From the NCBI GenBank assembly GCA_963725865.1, contig CAVSAC010000014.1, positions 352,001 to 416,000 of the forward strand: 64,000 bases of DNA. Reading direction: 5' to 3'. The notes beneath the pieces are model-generated. The model was not told the DNA's origin, ran no database searches, and saw nothing but the letters and a program-made list of their open reading frames with translations. The DNA comes from Candidatus Eiseniibacteriota bacterium. Lineage in GTDB: Bacteria > Eisenbacteria > RBG-16-71-46. The position numbers and the translations under genes were made by a program. Positions 36,728-46,422 of this stretch are shown here, in pieces (the first letter of the stretch is position 1; every line of letters begins with the position of its first letter).

Positions 36728-39700
36728 TCAGTTGAGCACGATCATCTTGTTGGCGCTCTGGAAGTTCTGCCCCGCGAACGTCGTCTTCGCGAAGTAGACA
36801 CCCCGCGGCACCAGCTGGCCGTGATCATCCGCGCCGTCCCACACCAGGCGGTGCTCGCCAGCCGGGAACACGCGATCCGCGAGCGTGCGGATGCGGCGAC
36901 CGGAGACGTCATACACCACCAGCTGGACACGGTCGGACTTCGCGAGACCGAAGAACACCAGCGCCTGACGGTTCTCGACAGGGTTGTTCCCGAGCTTCAC
37001 GAAGTTGACGAAACGAGTGTTGTTCGGCGTTTCGAGCGTGGTCGACGGCGCACCGCGCACGGTGCAGAAGGTGCCGAACACGTTCAGCGCGTTGTAGTAG
37101 TACGCGAGACGACCCTTGCTCGTCATGTCGAACCGACCCGTCAGGTTGACGATGTCGAATCCGTCGAACAGCGAGACCCAGGGACGGCCCGCGACCGACT
37201 TCTTCAGCACGCCAGCGGGGAAGGTGGAAGCCCCCACCGCGGTGTACTGGCCCGACACGCTCGCTTCGGTCAGGGCCGGGTTGAGGATCAGCACGTCGTT
37301 CGTGTAGGTGCAGCCGTTGCGAACGCCGTAGATATCGCCCGTGGGGGAGATATCGGTGCTGACCTTCAGATCCGACCACTGCTCGAAGTTCGCCGCCAGC
37401 GACCGATACGACTGGAAGTAGAAATCGAATCCCAGGTAGTCGGTCATGAACGCTTCCTGCTCGAGGCTCGTGTTCCAAGCGGACTCCGCGAAGCCGTCGC
37501 CCTGGATCATGATGCCGCGCGGTGCACCCAGCGTGGCACCCAGCAGCCAGTTCTGAAGCAGCGTCACGTCATCCTGCGAGCGATCGTCGAACGGACCGAT
37601 CACACCCGAGTTCAGGTCACCCGAGAGGATGATGAGGACCTTGTAGTACGCGTCCAGCATCTCGGGCGTCGGAGCCATACGAGCGTACTTGTTGTGCACG
37701 AGGTTCGTCGGCGACGGGTCGGTGTAAGCGAGACGGCCGCCCAGGGCGCCCGCGCTCGTGGTCAGCGACTCCGAAGCCTTCACGCCGTACATGTCCCACG
37801 TGCTGCCGGGCTGGCCACCATGTGAGGAGACGTAGTAGGCCGGCGTGTTCAGGCTGACGCCCGCGGGCACGCCACCCCAACCGTTGTGAGCGCCACGACG
37901 AGTCGCCGCGGTCGCGCCGATCGAGTCGGCCACCGAGACAAACACGCGCTCGTCACCACGACGGTCATTGAGGTCGACGTACAGGGCGCACGCCATCGTC
38001 GAACCAGGCGTGAAGTTTGCGTCCTTCCAACGATCCGGAAGAACACCGAACTGCTGCCACCGGTGGGCGTCGAAGCTCGGGCCCTCCGAGGACTGCGGGA
38101 ACACGGTGTTGGTATCCGGGCACATATCGAACACGGCAGGATTGGCGACCGTGCGCTTCGTGAAGAAGTACTCCACGTGAGCGCCAGGCGTCAGCAGACC
38201 GTCAGGAAGGATCTGCGTGGCCTCGACCGAGTTCGCATTGCCGTCGTACCCCGCGCGCGCCGCGAGAGGCGCGTTCAGCAGCCACGCCGGCACGGTGCTG
38301 CAGGTGACGTTCGCCGCGGTGGTGCCACCGAGCGTGTCGACGATGAAGCACTTGTGCTTCGAGATACCCAGAGTCGTGTAGTGAGCATCTGACTCGTGGA
38401 AGCTCGACATCCAGACGTTGGCATCCAGCTTGTCGTTGGTGCCGACATCGCCGAAGCCACGCGCCGCGACCGGGAACAGCCCGACCTGAGCGGTGTCGCA
38501 GCGAGCGCTACGCCACACGTTCGGGTTCCAGCCACCCGGCCAGCCCGCGTCGAGAGCCGCAGAACCAGGGGTCGCGAACTCGCCCGGGGTGGAGATGAAC
38601 TGACCCCAGAACGAACCGGCACCCGCCGCCGCCGTGCTGGTCGGAACGGCACGCAGCCCGCTCGTCGGCACGCCGATGGTGATGTAGTTGCCGACGCCCG
38701 GCTTGATGCGGAAGACCATGTCCAAACGGATCGGCTCCGTCGGGCTGTCCGCCGCATTGATGACGACCGAGTCACCAGGAACGTCGTAACGGAATGCGTC
38801 ACCAGTGGTCTGCGCGATGTTGAATCCCGTACGAAGGAGGGCCGAGGTCGTGTCGAAATTCGCCGTACCCGGCAGACCCGCGGTCTCATTGAACGGGAAC
38901 GCATCGTTGATCCAGTTCCAGATGTCCACCGACATGGCCTGCGGCGTTCCGTCGATGATCGCGAACGACGTGTTGTCCATGTAGGCGCCGTCCGTCGGCG
39001 AGCAGCCCGTCGTGACGCCGAAGCGGTAGCACTGCTGGAGCTTGCGAAGGCTGATGCGGATCGAGTCCGGACGCGCCAGGCCCGAGCCGTTCGCCGACAG
39101 GATCTGGCCCTGCGAGCCCAGGTCCTCGAGCGACGAATAGCACTGCACCAGCGGATTGAAATAGAGGAACTGCGGCAGCCGCTGCTCGCCCCAGTTGGGC
39201 GTGCCGGGTGCCGGGCCACCCGCCACCTGCAACGCAGGATAGGTCTGGCAGGTGAACTGCCAGGCATTGCCCTGGTTGAAGATGTCGAAGATGCCCATGT
39301 AGAACTCGTACTGCATGTGGTAGCCCTGCGTCGGGGTCGCCTGCTCCAGCGTGAGGCCGAAGCTGTTCGGCACACCCGAGGCCGCCACGAGTCCGATGGT
39401 CGGCGACACGATGCCCCAGTTACCTTCCTCTTCGGTGGTACCCGGGAGTCCGCCGGCAGCCTCGCCAGCGTCGTGGTCGCCCATCGAAACCACACCACCG
39501 CGCATGTCGCAGATGCGGTAGATGCTGTTGATGTCACCGCAGACATCGTTCCAAGCCAGCGTGTTCAGATCGTGCTGGTGGAAGTAGATGGCCGGCGGCT
39601 TGCCCGTCGAATGCCACGCCGCGGAGGCCGCCACCGAGTTGTCGATGGAGCCTGCTAGCCTCGAAGTCTCCGATCGAGACCGGGCCAGCGCCCAGGTCGA

Positions 39701-40973
39701 TCGTGACATCGTCCACCTGCGCAGCGCCCCTGCCCTGCGAGGTGAAGGTCGCCGGACCCGATTCATCCGAGCTGCCGGCGTTGGTGTGGACACGGAACAC
39801 GACACGCAGCGTGTTGTTGCCGCCGGCCTTGAGGGCCGCGACATTCGCCGCGCTGATCGTGATGCTCTGGGTCGAAGCGGCGTTGGAGCCCGCGGCGCCA
39901 TACACCCACAGGCGCTGACCCTTCGTGAGGACTTCATTGAACCAGCGGCGCAGCGGATCGTAGATCGTGCGCGAGACATTGTCCGACGCGACGAACGTAC
40001 CTTCCACCGGCTTGCCCACGTAGACCTGGAACGAGTCGATCGGGGCCTCCGCGTTCGCGGGGGTGCCGGCTTCCGCCGAGACGAAGTTGCCCGGGGTGAT
40101 CGCGTTCACGGTCAGCGGGTCACCCTCGAACCAACCCGTGCGGGACGCCGGGGTGGTCCCCTTCAGCGTCGACATCTCGGTCGCGTACTTGAAGCCCAGC
40201 GTGATCGCACCGGCCGCCGACGTGATGTCGACGTCGCGGTACAGCATCTGATCCATCTGCGCGCCGTAGCCCGGGAACGTCTTGCTGGTGCCCGTCCCGA
40301 TACCACCGGAGCCGTTGAAGATCAGAGCGTCCACGTTGAACGGATTGCCCGTGATCGCATCGGACACGGTCAGGTCGTTGTGCTGACGCAGACCCATCCA
40401 CGCGGAGAACGAGCCGCCCAGCGGCGCCCAGTTGACGCCGGTGCCACCCGTGCCCTGAGGTCCAGGGACGGTGTTGCCCGGGTCACGGTGCCACACGCCG
40501 ACCACACCGAAGGTGCGCTTGAAGCCAGCACCCTGGTTGATCACGTAGTTGGCCTGGTTACCGTTCTCGATGGCCCACCACGGACGATTCTCGTCCGTAC
40601 GGACGGCGCCCGAGGCGTTGGTGTGAGGGAAACGTACCGGCCACCAGCCCTGAAGGCTGTCGCCGTGAATCGGGTTATCCCACTCCCAGTTGCCGGTGGT
40701 GAACGGCGTGGGACGGTTGGGACCGGGACCGACTTGCCAGTAGTTGGTGACACCCGCGGCCGTGCTGAAACCGACCCACGTGGTATCGCCGACACCGGCG
40801 GTTCCGGAGACGCCCTGCCGGGCCGCTGCGCTGCGCGCCTGGATCTGGAGCTGGGCATTGTTCAGCTTGAGGCCGAACTGATCCCCACCTTCCATTTCCG
40901 CCGCGAACGCCGCCGTCGCCAAGCAAGTCGCCGCTCCCGCGAGGAGAAGCAGCGCGACGAACGACTTCCTCAT
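36728..40973 (-). CDS. Very large secreted protein (about 1,410 aa reconstructed) with FlgD-Ig/T9SS-type CTD; frameshift at about 39656
   Basis: GGAGG RBS; signal peptide MRKSFVALLLLAGAATCLATAAFA. ORFs 39534-41006 and 36728-39979 join if one base is removed (GAG GCT A GCA GGC TCC ATC GAC). C-terminal VYDVSGRRIRTL...WDGADD...GVYF. Confidence 0.82.
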
Positions 40974-41317
40974 GTGACTACCTCCATCGTCGCAATGCAT
41001 GGGCAATGCGAAGTCTTCCGAAGTACGGATTGCGAGCGAGGTGTCTCAGAAAACAAAGCCGCCGACGGGTCTCGAATGAATCTCATGCGAGAACTCCCTC
41101 GGCAGTCTGCTGCACGAGTACCGATCCCCCCTTTCCGCTGTCGCGCTCGGACCCTTAGGCAGTTCGGGCCGCACGCGACACTGTGATTGCGCGTGAACTC
41201 GTACGGAGTCGACATGAAGCGGCACGCCGCTGCCAGCGCATCGGACCATGACGACCGCGGAACTCGAGGTGCATCTGGGGGTTTTCAAGACGCACCAACT
41301 ACCCCAGCACGAGTCAG

Positions 41318-41347
41318 AGGCTAGGCCCCCTGACAGGGTTCTGTCAA
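41318..41347 (-). promoter_or_regulatory. Putative strong promoter with an overlapping inverted-repeat operator
   Basis: TTGACA-18 nt-TAGCCT with an upstream A7 tract; palindrome TGACAG-ggtt-CTGTCA at 41331-41346 overlaps the -35. Confidence 0.6.
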
Positions 41348-41384
41348 TCCGTTTTTTTGCTGGGACTTGGCAGGATAGCCCGGT

Positions 41385-42692
41385 TCATGTCGAGAGTCTG
41401 ACACGCCGCGCCGCGATCGAGTCCAGCCACTGTGGGTCCTGGCTCGCCACCATCACCGGCGTCGTGAGCGAATGGCGCAGAATCGCGGCGGCAGCGGCGG
41501 CCCGCCGTGAGCGGTCGAGCCCGGCGGTCGGCTCGTCCAGCAGCAGCAGTCCGGCCGGCGCCGTGAGGGCCCCGACCAGCTGGACCACCCGCTTCTCGCC
41601 GCCCGAGAGCCCCCACACGCGCCGCCCCTCGAGGGCGCCGCAGCCGAGCTCCTCCAGCAGGGCAACGGCTGTATCGACCGCAGCTTGGCGCTTCGCTCCT
41701 CGCTGGACGGCGGCCCACGTCACTTCGGCCAGAACCTGCTCTTCGAAGATCTCGTGTTCCGGGTACTGGGTCGCGAGCAGCGGTGGATCCTCGAGGGTTC
41801 GCCGCCAGTCCACCCGCACCTGAGGCAGCTCGATCGCACCGGCGATCGCGGCGAGCAGGACGCTCTTGCCGGCGCCATTGGGCCCCTCGAGGGCGGTCAC
41901 GCCGGCGGCGGCCACCTCGATCGAGAGCGGAGCGGCGACGGGCACCCGCGGACCGTGGCAGGACGGCGGCGGGGCAACCTCGACGACGACGAGCGCGGGT
42001 TGGACACCCGGAGGCCCGGACTCGGCCCGGAAGGCCGGGTGGCTCACCCCATCGAGTTCGCCGATGATGAGTTCGCGATGCGCCGCCGCGCGCTCCTGTG
42101 GGTCCTGGGTCACCCAGACCAGCGCGAGTCCCTCGGCCACTTCCTGACGCAGGACCTCGAGCACCCGACCGCGGGTTGCGGCGTCGAGATGCGCCCCCGC
42201 CTCGTCGGCGATCAACAGCCGCGGCCGCGCCGCGAGCGCCGCAGCGAGGAGCACCAACTGTTGCCGGCCGGCGGAGAGTTCGCGCGGGTCGCGTTCCAGG
42301 TCCGCCGTGAGGTCCAACTGCTCCGACAGTCGCGCGATCTCCCGCGCGACCTCGCCGGGCGCGCGTCCGAGATTGCGCGGCGCCATTGCGAGTTCCGCGG
42401 CGACCGTCGACTGGAGGAGCTGGATCCCCGGGTCCTGCATCACCACCGCGACCGCCGCGCGCGCCGCGGCGGGCGCCCCCGGCTGCAACGGTCGCCCCTC
42501 GAACTCCACGACGCCGCGCTGCGCGGGCCACAGTCCGCCCAGCACCATCGCCAGCGTGGTCTTGCCACCCCCGTTGGGCCCGTGGAGCGCGATCCACTCG
42601 CCGGCGCCCACCTCTAGAGAGACGCCCCGGACCGCGGGGTCCGGGGCTCCGGGCGGCGCGGCCCACACGTCGCGGGCACTCAGGCCACTCAC
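41385..42692 (-). CDS. Tandem-domain ABC ATPase (ECF/CbiO-like)
   Basis: Walker A GPNGGGKT and GPNGAGKS; signatures LSAGRQQ and LSGGEKR; Walker B LIADE and LLDEP; ECF-like QDP...STVAAEL and QYPEHEIFEEQV. Confidence 0.8.
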   Translation of the reverse strand: MSGLSARDVWAAPPGAPDPAVRGVSLEVGAGEWIALHGPNGGGKTTLAMVLGGLWPAQRGVVEFEGRPLQPGAPAAARAAVAVVMQDPGIQLLQSTVAAELAMAPRNLGRAPGEVAREIARLSEQLDLTADLERDPRELSAGRQQLVLLAAALAARPRLLIADEAGAHLDAATRGRVLEVLRQEVAEGLALVWVTQDPQERAAAHRELIIGELDGVSHPAFRAESGPPGVQPALVVVEVAPPPSCHGPRVPVAAPLSIEVAAAGVTALEGPNGAGKSVLLAAIAGAIELPQVRVDWRRTLEDPPLLATQYPEHEIFEEQVLAEVTWAAVQRGAKRQAAVDTAVALLEELGCGALEGRRVWGLSGGEKRVVQLVGALTAPAGLLLLDEPTAGLDRSRRAAAAAAILRHSLTTPVMVASQDPQWLDSIAARRVRLST

Positions 42693-43870
42693 GCGTCCTG
42701 GCCCTCCGAGCGCCAGGCCGCGAGCGCCGCTTCGGCCACCTCGCGCCACGGACGCCCCGCGCGCTCGGCCGCCGCGCGTACCGATTCGAACTCCGGTACC
42801 GCTCGCTCACTCCCGTCGGGCAGCGTCGCGATCTTCAGCGCCACCGCGCCGAAGGCCGTCGCGACCTCCGCGGCGCGCCGCGGCAGCTCCACGCGCTCCT
42901 CGTGACGCATGCGCACGCCGAGCGTGCCGGTTTCGGTGAGCAACCGGCGGGCGAGTGCCTCGGCCTGGTGTGGCTCGGCGATCACCACCAGCCACAGACC
43001 GGGGCGGCCCTTCTTCATCACTGTGGGCACCACCATCGCGTCGAGCGCGCCCTCCGCGAGCAGCCGTGGGATCAGCGCGCCCACCACCTGTGGATTCTCG
43101 TCGTCGAGCGAGGTTTCGAGCACCGTGACCGCGCGCCGCTCGAGCCCTGCGTCTCCGGTGTTGCCGATGAGGATGCGCAGCACGTTCGGCTGTTCCGCCA
43201 GCTCGCGCCCGCCGGCACCCAGTCCGACGCGCTCGAGCGTGTACGTGGGCGGTGGGCCCCACGTGTGCACCAGCGTGGCGAGCAGCGCGGCGCCGGTCGG
43301 CGTGACCAGTTCGGCGCGCACGTCGGTGGGCGCGATCGGGATTCCCTGCACCAGCAGCGCGGTCGCCGGTGCCGGCACCGGCATGCGGCCGTGCTCGCAC
43401 TCCACGGTGCCGTTGCCGAGCGGCAACGACGAGGCGAACACGCGCTGGACACCGAGCGCCTCCAGGCCGAGCACGGTACCCACCACGTCCACGATGGCGT
43501 CCACGGCGCCGACCTCGTGGAAGTGCACCTGCTCGACGGTCGTGCCGTGCACGGTGGCCTCCGCCTCGGCCAGGCGGCGGAACACCGCGCGGGCCCGCGC
43601 GCGCACCGTCTCCGGCAGGTCGCCGGCGTCGATCATCGCCTCGATGTGCCGCAGATGACGGTGCGGCTGACCGCCCGCGGCATTCACCTCGACCCGCGTG
43701 GCCTCGAGCGCGCCGCGTCGCGCGCGACCCACGGTGACCGTGGCGCCTGCGAGCTTCAGGCGCGCCGGCAGCGCCACGAGCTCCGCGGCCGGCCAGCCCG
43801 CCGCGACCAGGGCCGCGAGGCACATGTCCCCGCTCACCCCGGAGAAGCAGTCGAAGTACGCGATCCGCAT
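42689..43870 (-). CDS. larC: Nickel-pincer cofactor biosynthesis protein LarC
   Basis: MRIAYFDCFSGVSGDM, VHFHEVGAVDAIVD, ELVTPTGAA, MKKGRPG, ETGTLGVR, PEFE. Confidence 0.95.
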   Translation of the reverse strand: MRIAYFDCFSGVSGDMCLAALVAAGWPAAELVALPARLKLAGATVTVGRARRGALEATRVEVNAAGGQPHRHLRHIEAMIDAGDLPETVRARARAVFRRLAEAEATVHGTTVEQVHFHEVGAVDAIVDVVGTVLGLEALGVQRVFASSLPLGNGTVECEHGRMPVPAPATALLVQGIPIAPTDVRAELVTPTGAALLATLVHTWGPPPTYTLERVGLGAGGRELAEQPNVLRILIGNTGDAGLERRAVTVLETSLDDENPQVVGALIPRLLAEGALDAMVVPTVMKKGRPGLWLVVIAEPHQAEALARRLLTETGTLGVRMRHEERVELPRRAAEVATAFGAVALKIATLPDGSERAVPEFESVRAAAERAGRPWREVAEAALAAWRSEGQDA

Positions 43871-43904
43871 GTCGTCCCCCAGGCCGCCGCGTCGTCGCCG
43901 CGCG

Positions 43905-44690
43905 TCAGCCGCGCGCGCGTCGGCCCCCGGCGACCGCGCGCCGGACGTTCGCGGTGTTCACCAGATGGGCGGCGTAGCCGGCCCCGAATCCGTTGTCGAT
44001 GTTCACCACGGTCACGCCGGCCGCGCACGAATTGAGCATCGCGAGCAACGGCGCGAGGCCGTGGAAGTGCGCGCCGTAGCCGACGCTGGTCGGCACCGCG
44101 ATCAGCGGCCGGTCGGTGAGTCCGCCCACCACGCTCGCGAGCGCGCCCTCGAGTCCCGCCACCACCACCAGCACGCGGGCGCCGCGCAGCTTCTCGCGAT
44201 GCGCGAGCAGCCGGTGGAGCCCCGCCACCCCGACGTCGGCGACCAGTTCCGCGCGACTGCCCAGGGTGCGCGCGGTCACGAGCGCCTCCTCGGCGACCGG
44301 CAGGTCCGCGGTTCCCGCGCACAGCACCACCACGCGGCCGATCGCACGGCCCGCGCGCCGGCGCACCACGACGGCGCGCGCGCGCCCCCACACCTCGGCG
44401 CGCGGGAACGCCGCGCGCAACCGTGCCTGGGCGTCCTCGCTCGCGCGCGTCACCAGCACCACGCCATGGCGCGCATACAAGCGCTGCACGATGGCCACGA
44501 TCTGCGCCGGCGCCTTCCCCTGGCCGAACACCACTTCGGGGAAGCCGGTGCGCAGCGCGCGCTGGTGGTCGAGGGTCGCGAACTCGAGCTGCTCGAACGG
44601 CGCCTCGCCGATGGCCTGGGCCGCCGCGCCGACCGAGACGGCCCCACGCCGCACGCGGCCGAGCAGGCGCTTCAGGTCATCCGGTCGCAC
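43905..44690 (-). CDS. larB: Nickel-pincer cofactor biosynthesis protein LarB
   Basis: DHQRALRTGFPEVVFGQGK, AGTADLPVAEEA, DVGVAGLHRL, PTSVGYG, VVNIDNGFGAG. Confidence 0.95.
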   Translation of the reverse strand: MRPDDLKRLLGRVRRGAVSVGAAAQAIGEAPFEQLEFATLDHQRALRTGFPEVVFGQGKAPAQIVAIVQRLYARHGVVLVTRASEDAQARLRAAFPRAEVWGRARAVVVRRRAGRAIGRVVVLCAGTADLPVAEEALVTARTLGSRAELVADVGVAGLHRLLAHREKLRGARVLVVVAGLEGALASVVGGLTDRPLIAVPTSVGYGAHFHGLAPLLAMLNSCAAGVTVVNIDNGFGAGYAAHLVNTANVRRAVAGGRRARG

Positions 44691-45720
44691 GCGCGTCCTC
44701 CAGGTCGCGGGGCGGGTCCGCCGCCGCGAGCCCGCCGCGCTCCAGTTCGGCCAGGTAGCCGCGCAGCAGAGCGACCATCTCCTCGACCGAGCGGGTGTGG
44801 TTGACCTGCTCGCGCACGCGCGCGCTGTGCGGCAGGCCCTTGATGTACCACGCGACGTGCTTGCGCATCTCGCGCGCGGCCGACTCCGGACCCACCGCTT
44901 CGACGAGCATCCCGAGGTGGCGCACCCCGGCTTCGAGGCGCGCGGCCGCGGTCGGCGGCGCCAGCACCTCGCCGCGCTCGTGGAACGCGCGCAGGCGCCG
45001 GAACACCCACGGGTCACCGAACGCCGCGCGGCCGAGCATCACGCCGTCGCAGCCGGTGGTGGCGAGCATGCGGAGCGCGTCCTCGGGCCCGCGCACGTCC
45101 CCGTTGCCGATCACCGGGATCCTCACCGCCTGCTTGGCCGCGCCGATCATGTCCCAGTGCGCGTGGCCCTCGAACTTCTCCGAGCGCGTGCGCGCGTGGA
45201 TCGCGACCGCCGCGGCCCCCGCGTCCTCGAGCGCGCGGCTCACCTCGACGACGTTCGTCGAGGAGCCGTCCCAGCCGAGCCGGATCTTGGCGGTGACGGG
45301 CACGGTGGCGACCGCTCGCATCGCGGTGACGATCGCGTGGATGCGCGAGACGTCCTGCAACAGCGCGGCGCCCGCGCAGCGGTTGACCACCTTGCGCACC
45401 GGGCAGCCCATGTTGATGTCGATGAGGTCCGGCCGGCGCTCCGGCGGCAGGTCGCACAGCACGCGCGTGGCGTCGGCCATCACGGCCGGATCGGAGCCGA
45501 ACAGTTGGATGCCGATCGGGCGCTCCTCGGGCGCGAACGCGATGTAGTCGAACGTGGCGCGCTGGCCGCGCACGAGCCCGTCGGAGGACACCATCTCGGT
45601 GTACACCGCGGCCGCGCCCTGCTCGCGTGCGAGCCGCCGGAACGGCGAGTCGCTCACCCCCGCGAGCGGCGCGAGGAGGAAGGGCGATTCGAACTGGAGG
45701 GAGCCGATGCGCAACGACAT
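44677..45720 (-). CDS. dusB: tRNA-dihydrouridine synthase
   Basis: LAPLAGVSDSPFR, QLFGSDP, DINMGCPVRKV, VTAKIRLGWD, IHARTR, IGNGDV. Confidence 0.92.
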   Translation of the reverse strand: MSLRIGSLQFESPFLLAPLAGVSDSPFRRLAREQGAAAVYTEMVSSDGLVRGQRATFDYIAFAPEERPIGIQLFGSDPAVMADATRVLCDLPPERRPDLIDINMGCPVRKVVNRCAGAALLQDVSRIHAIVTAMRAVATVPVTAKIRLGWDGSSTNVVEVSRALEDAGAAAVAIHARTRSEKFEGHAHWDMIGAAKQAVRIPVIGNGDVRGPEDALRMLATTGCDGVMLGRAAFGDPWVFRRLRAFHERGEVLAPPTAAARLEAGVRHLGMLVEAVGPESAAREMRKHVAWYIKGLPHSARVREQVNHTRSVEEMVALLRGYLAELERGGLAAADPPRDLEDARATG

Positions 45721-45751
45721 GTGGGGTCCGATGCCCGGGGTCTCGAGCGAT

Positions 45752-46420
45752 TCAGCCGCGCGGGGGCACGCCGGCGGGCCGGCGCCGCGCCCAGTCGGCG
45801 ATGTCGGCGAAGGTCTCGAACGGTACCGCGGCCAGTCGTTCGCGGCGGCACCACTCCAGCAGTCCACGATGAGCGAGCACGGTCTCGGCGGCGCGGGCAC
45901 CGCAGCGGTCGGAGAGGCCGTCGCCGACCAGCACCGTGTGGTAGCCGAGCGCGCGGTAGCGACGCACGTGCTGGGCCTTGCAGTTGCCGCATTGTCCGCA
46001 GCCGCCCACCAGATACGGGAACTCCGGCACCGCGCGGCCGCCCTCGAAGCGCAGGCGGTTCGCGGCGTAGGGCAGTTCGCCGAGGCCGGCCCGCTGCAGT
46101 TGATCGCGCACGTAGAGGTCGAACCCCTCGCTCACGACCATCACGGCATCCCCGCGACCGAGCGCCTCGCGCGCGAACGCGGCGAAATGCTCGTCGATCC
46201 GGAAGCTCCGCGTGAACTCGAGTGCCTCGGCCTCGGCCACCCGCACGTCGGCGCACTGCGCCTCGGTCAGCTCCCGGTGTCCGATGCCGCCCGCGAACCA
46301 GCGGTCGAGCAGCCGCTGGTGGGCGGCCGAGTCCCCGGTCGAGAACCGCCTCACGAGCGCGGCCCCGATGTCGGACGGCGACACGGTGCCGTCGAAATCG
46401 CACAGGTACGCGTAGGGCAT
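45752..46420 (-). CDS. MtnX-like HAD-IB phosphatase
   Basis: CDFDGTVS, VVSEG, CGQCGNCK, VGDGLSDRCGA. Confidence 0.85.
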   Translation of the reverse strand: MPYAYLCDFDGTVSPSDIGAALVRRFSTGDSAAHQRLLDRWFAGGIGHRELTEAQCADVRVAEAEALEFTRSFRIDEHFAAFAREALGRGDAVMVVSEGFDLYVRDQLQRAGLGELPYAANRLRFEGGRAVPEFPYLVGGCGQCGNCKAQHVRRYRALGYHTVLVGDGLSDRCGARAAETVLAHRGLLEWCRRERLAAVPFETFADIADWARRRPAGVPPRG

Positions 46421-46422
46421 GT

